Shown: piece by piece, positions 46,088-49,509 of the stretch | How the letters are laid out: each line of letters starts with the position of its first letter | Numbering within the stretch: the first letter of the stretch is position 1 | NCBI GenBank assembly: GCA_049663805.1 | Contig: JBATEB010000162.1 | Location: 1-49,509, forward strand | DNA length: 49,509 nt | Source: Burkholderiales bacterium | Lineage (GTDB): Bacteria > Pseudomonadota > Gammaproteobacteria > Burkholderiales > SG8-39 | Direction of reading: 5' to 3' | Notes under the pieces: generated by a model | What the model was told of the DNA's origin: nothing | Databases searched by the model: none | The model's input: only the letters and a program-made list of their open reading frames with translations | Program-made: the position numbers and the translations under genes

Positions 46088-47015
46088 CGCCGACGGCAGC
46101 CTGCAGCACCTGCTGACCATAGAGGGTTTGCCCCGCGACGTCCTCACGCGCATTCTCGACACCGCCGGTTCCTTCATCGGCGTGACCGAGCGCGAAGTCA
46201 AGAAAGTGCCGCTGCTTCGCGGAAAATCCGTCTTCAATCTGTTCTTCGAGCCCTCGACCCGAACCCGCACGACTTTCGAGATCGCCGCGAAGCGCCTCTC
46301 GGCCGACGTGATCAATCTCAATATCACCGTCTCGTCGCAGACCAAGGGCGAGACCCTGCTCGACACGGTGGACAATCTCTCGGCGATGAATGCCGACATG
46401 TTCGTCGTCAGGCATTCCTCCAGCGGCGCGCCCCATCTCATCGCGAGCCACGTCGCATCGCACGTTCACGTGATCAACGCCGGCGACGGCCGTCACGCGC
46501 ATCCGACCCAGGGCTTGCTCGATATCTATACGATCCGCCATTACAAGAAGGATTTCTCCGCGCTCTCGGTCGCGATCGTCGGAGACGTGATGCATTCGCG
46601 GGTGGCGCGTTCGCTGATCCACGCGCTGACCACGCTCGGCACGCCCGACGTGCGCATCGTGGGCCCGAAGACGCTGCTGCCGGCGGGGGTGGAGCAACTC
46701 GGGGTTTCGGTCCATCACGACATGCGCGAGGGCATCGCCGGCTGCGACGTGGTGGTGATGCTGCGGCTGCAGAACGAGCGCATGAAGGGGCCGCTCCTGC
46801 CCAGCGCCCAGGAGTACTTCAAGTCCTACGGACTGACCCCGGAAAAACTCGCGCTCGCCCGGCCCGACGCCATTGTCATGCACCCGGGGCCGATGAACCG
46901 GGGCGTCGAAATCGATTCGTCGGTCGCCGACGGACCGCACTCGGTGATCCTGCCGCAGGTCACTTTCGGCATCGCCGTGCGCATGGCGGTGATGAGCATT
47001 CTCGCGGGGAACTGA
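46068..47015 (+). CDS. pyrB: aspartate carbamoyltransferase catalytic subunit
   Basis: 315 aa. [21 protein letters not shown] and HPGPMNRG. It overlaps the pyrR 3' end by 20 nt. Confidence 0.96.
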   Translation: MRNPQLNADGSLQHLLTIEGLPRDVLTRILDTAGSFIGVTEREVKKVPLLRGKSVFNLFFEPSTRTRTTFEIAAKRLSADVINLNITVSSQTKGETLLDTVDNLSAMNADMFVVRHSSSGAPHLIASHVASHVHVINAGDGRHAHPTQGLLDIYTIRHYKKDFSALSVAIVGDVMHSRVARSLIHALTTLGTPDVRIVGPKTLLPAGVEQLGVSVHHDMREGIAGCDVVVMLRLQNERMKGPLLPSAQEYFKSYGLTPEKLALARPDAIVMHPGPMNRGVEIDSSVADGPHSVILPQVTFGIAVRMAVMSILAGN

Positions 47016-47061
47016 TCGTGACCAAACTCCTCCCGCCCGCCCGGGACGGCAGCCCGCACCG

Positions 47062-48339
47062 ATGATGAACGTCCACATCAAGGGCGGCCGCCTCGTCGAC
47101 CCGAAGAACGGCATCGACACCCGGCAGGAGGTATTCGTCGCCGACGGAAAAATCGCCGCGCTCGGAAAGCCTCCCGCGGGTTTCCGCGCCGCGCGCACCC
47201 TGGACGCGTCGGACCTCGTGGTCTGCCCGGGCCTGATCGACCTCTCGGCGCGCCTGCGGGAACCGGGCTTCGAGTACAAGGCGACGCTCCAGTCCGAGAT
47301 GAAGGCCGCGGTCGCGGGCGGCGTCACCAGCCTCGCCTGCCCGCCCGACACCGACCCGCCGCTCGACGAGCCCGGCCTGGTCGAGATGCTCAAGTATCGC
47401 GCCAGGAACCTCAACCTCGCGCACGTCTACCCGCTGGGGGCGCTCACCTGGAAGCTCGCGGGGGAGCGGCTTACCGAAATGGTCCTGCTGCGCGACGCCG
47501 GGTGCGTGGCGTTTTCCCACGCCGACACGCCGCTTCCCGACACGCAGGTGCTGTGGCGCGCGCTGCAGTACGCCGCGACTTTCGGCATCGCCGTGTGGCT
47601 GCGGCCGCAGGACGGGTACCTTGCGCGCGGTGGCGTGGCGCACGACGGCGAGGTCGCCACGCGGCTCGGCCTGCCGGGGATTCCTTCGATGTCCGAAACC
47701 ATCGCGCTCTCGACGATACTGCAACTGGTGCGCGCGACGCGCACGCGCCTCCACCTGTGCCGTCTCTCGACCGCGGAAGGCGTCGCGATGGTGCGCGCGG
47801 CGAAGCGCGAAGGGCTGCCGGTCAGCTGCGATGTGAGCGCGCATCACGCCCATCTCTGTGAAGTCGATCTCGGCTACTTCGACGCCCACTGCAACGTGAT
47901 CCCGCCGTTCCGCAGCCTTCGCGACCGTGACGCCCTGCGCTCGGGTCTGGCCGACGGGACCATCGACGCGATGTGTTCGGATCATGCGCCGGTCGACGAG
48001 GACGCCAAGCAGCTGCCCTTCGCCGAATCGGAGCCGGGGGCGACGGGCCTGGAGCTGCTGCTGCCGCTCGCGCTCAAATGGGGCGAAGAGATGCGGGTCC
48101 CCCTTGCCGACGTTGTTGCCGCCGTGACCTCCAGGCCCGCGGCGATCCTCGGCATCGAGGCGGGAGATCTGGCGGTCGGCCGCGCTGCCGATCTGTGCGT
48201 GTTCGACCCGAAGGCCCACGCCAGGCTGACCCTGGACTCGCTCAAGAGCCAGGGGAAGAACACGCCCTTTATCGGCTACGAGCTTCCCGGCCGGGTGCAC
48301 TACACCCTGGTTGGCGGGCAGGTCGTGTACGAGGCCTAG
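47062..48339 (+). CDS. pyrC': dihydroorotase-like protein, probably the non-catalytic PyrC' type
   Basis: 425 aa with an amidohydrolase fold and DHOase-like order (KGGRLVDP ..., CSDHAPV). The metal-binding DxHxH reads GLIDLSARLREPG, so both His are absent. Confidence 0.85.
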   Translation: MMNVHIKGGRLVDPKNGIDTRQEVFVADGKIAALGKPPAGFRAARTLDASDLVVCPGLIDLSARLREPGFEYKATLQSEMKAAVAGGVTSLACPPDTDPPLDEPGLVEMLKYRARNLNLAHVYPLGALTWKLAGERLTEMVLLRDAGCVAFSHADTPLPDTQVLWRALQYAATFGIAVWLRPQDGYLARGGVAHDGEVATRLGLPGIPSMSETIALSTILQLVRATRTRLHLCRLSTAEGVAMVRAAKREGLPVSCDVSAHHAHLCEVDLGYFDAHCNVIPPFRSLRDRDALRSGLADGTIDAMCSDHAPVDEDAKQLPFAESEPGATGLELLLPLALKWGEEMRVPLADVVAAVTSRPAAILGIEAGDLAVGRAADLCVFDPKAHARLTLDSLKSQGKNTPFIGYELPGRVHYTLVGGQVVYEA

Positions 48340-48644
48340 TCCTGCGAGGTCCGGGGCCCGGGGCGCAGCAATGACTCCGGGTCGGCCTGCGGAGCAGCGA
48401 CCAGCACGGTCTTGCGCCGCGACGCCGTGCCCTTGACGACGCTCACGCGGTGCCTGGGCACGCCGAGCCCTTCGGCCAGGACCGCAACGAGCGCCTCGTT
48501 GGCGCGACCCTCCGTGGGCGGCGCTGCGACGCGGACCTTCAGCGCGTCGCCGTGCAAGCCGCCGATTTCGCTGCGCTTGGCGTTCGGTTGCACGTGGACG
48601 GTCAGCATCCAGCCCCCGGGCACGGGCCTCGCCCAGATCAGCAC
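48336..48644 (-). CDS. DUF167 (YggU) family protein
   Basis: 102 aa with a GTG start. VHVQPNAKRSEIGGLHGDALKVRVAAPPTEGRANEALVAVLAEGLGVPRHRVSVVKGTASRRKTV matches the YggU pattern. Confidence 0.85.
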   Translation of the reverse strand: MLIWARPVPGGWMLTVHVQPNAKRSEIGGLHGDALKVRVAAPPTEGRANEALVAVLAEGLGVPRHRVSVVKGTASRRKTVLVAAPQADPESLLRPGPRTSQD

Positions 48645-48780
48645 GGGATCCGACCCGGCCCGACGGCGGGCGATCCTTGCCCCGGACGTAACGTATACAG
48701 GCGACGCGGAGGGAAGCCGGCGCGCTCGGCCCGGTTCGAGGTCCGCGCCTGCGGGTGGGGACGCTTGCTCAGACCTTCCC

Positions 48781-49341
48781 TCAGCTCGGCGCGGGATGCT
48801 TGCCGAGTTTGCGCTGCAGTGTCCTGCGGTGCATGCGCAGGGCCCGCGCGGTGGCCGAGATGTTTCCCCGGTTTTCGGTCAGCACGCGCTGGATGTGTTC
48901 CCATTCGAGCCGGTGGACCGAAAGCAGCTCCTCGCTCTGCGGCGCCGCGAGCCTGCCCGCCGAGCGTCCGAACGCGGCCTCAACCGTCTCCGCATCGACC
49001 GGCTTCGGGAGGTACTGGACGGCGCCCAGCTTGATCGCCTCGACTGCGGTGGCGATGCTCGCAAATCCAGTCAGCATCACCACGCGGCAGTCCGGGTTCG
49101 CCGCCTTGACCATGGGGATCAGCGCCAGTCCGGCCGGGCCGGGAAGGCGCAGGTCGAGGAGCGCGAACTCCGGCGACCAGGCACCGAGCAGGGCCTCGGC
49201 CTCGCGCACGGCATGGGCAAACCGCACTTCGTAGCCGCGCCGGCCGAACACGCGCTCCATCGTCGAACAGAAAGACTCGCTGTCGTCGACGATCAGCAGC
49301 CTCGGTCTACCCGGGGGCGATTCTGGGCTCGCGGTATCCAT
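48781..49341 (-). CDS. two-component response regulator, RegA/PrrA/ActR type (REC plus Fis-type HTH)
   Basis: 186 aa with AGGAGAAAAAC before the ATG. LLIVDDSESF ... ALLDLRLPG ... YLPKP, and the C-terminal NISATARALRMHRRTLQRKL. Confidence 0.88.
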   Translation of the reverse strand: MDTASPESPPGRPRLLIVDDSESFCSTMERVFGRRGYEVRFAHAVREAEALLGAWSPEFALLDLRLPGPAGLALIPMVKAANPDCRVVMLTGFASIATAVEAIKLGAVQYLPKPVDAETVEAAFGRSAGRLAAPQSEELLSVHRLEWEHIQRVLTENRGNISATARALRMHRRTLQRKLGKHPAPS

Positions 49342-49509
49342 CGTTTTTCTCCTGATTGGAACTGGATAGGGGCAATTCGATCCGCACGCAGTTTCCGCCG
49401 TTCTCTCCGGGGAGCTTCTGCACGCTTCCGCCGAAGCGCTCGATGACGGCGCGCGCGACGAGCAGGCCCGCGCCGCCGGCGTGGCCGGGGGTCGCGACCG
49501 GTCCCGTGC
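49307..49509 (-). CDS. sensor histidine kinase, C-terminal end (RegB/PrrB-like by pairing); 5' part lies outside the window
   Basis: This minus-strand frame is open from the window edge to a TAG at 49307-49309. ...TGPVATPGHAGGAGLLVARAVIERFGGSVQKLPGENGGNCVRIELPL resembles the G2 box and C-terminus of HATPase_c. It overlaps the regulator start by 35 nt and is absent from the ORF track because it has no in-window start. Confidence 0.7.
   Translation of the reverse strand, partial: TGPVATPGHAGGAGLLVARAVIERFGGSVQKLPGENGGNCVRIELPLSSSNQEKNDGYREPRIAPG

Noticed and set aside
48336-48339. 4-nt CTAG overlap of the convergent pyrC' and DUF167 stop codons
   Set aside because: This is a real but trivial consequence of a palindromic TAG/CTA. 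There is no functional implication I can support.
1-49509. Search for CRISPR arrays, tRNA/rRNA genes, IS elements, integrases, prophage genes and long direct or inverted repeats
   Set aside because: None was seen on visual inspection. Every gap between supported genes is about 210 nt or shorter and lacks tRNA-like or repeat-spacer structure. A computational repeat and tRNA scan would be needed to exclude short or diverged elements.

Overview
This is a 49.5-kb, gene-dense, high-GC chromosomal segment; spot counts of typical stretches give about 65-75% G+C. The gene order looks betaproteobacterial, though that is inferred from synteny only. The relevant blocks are aroQ-accB-accC-prmA-DUF3426, hemL-thiE-thiD next to rubredoxin-pilG-pilH-pilI-pilJ-chpA, and yqgE-ruvX-pyrR-pyrB-pyrC'. 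I can support 51 protein-coding genes (two cut by the window edges), one gene remnant, and a few promoter and terminator candidates. I saw no rRNA, tRNA, CRISPR array, transposase, integrase or phage genes, and no non-coding gap longer than about 210 nt. Many long ORFs in the six-frame track are antisense or out-of-frame shadows of real genes, with the Arg/Gly/Pro/Ala-rich composition typical of high-GC DNA. The only obvious multi-gene system is the Pil-Chp twitching-motility chemosensory cluster (35.6-44.5 kb), which is already described; here it lacks the CheR/CheB-type genes. I cannot demonstrate a new system from sequence alone. The best leads are: (1) a translationally coupled trio of LTA-synthase-like protein, BNR beta-propeller and polytopic membrane protein (1.9-5.7 kb); (2) several proteins that keep their fold but, by eye, have lost canonical catalytic residues. 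These are a DoxX-linked SDR lacking Asn/Ser/Tyr, a signal-less trypsin/PDZ protein lacking His/Asp next to pcm, an acyl-CoA dehydrogenase with Asp at the base position, and PyrC' lacking HxH; (3) a lower-GC stretch carrying a PEP-CTERM protein behind a near-consensus sigma-54 promoter, next to a membrane-anchored Mrr-like nuclease; (4) an orphan split ThDP decarboxylase; (5) a yqiA-like remnant abutting an enolase-superfamily gene. All family calls rest on motifs read by eye and on remembered reference sequences, so they need HMM or BLAST confirmation.
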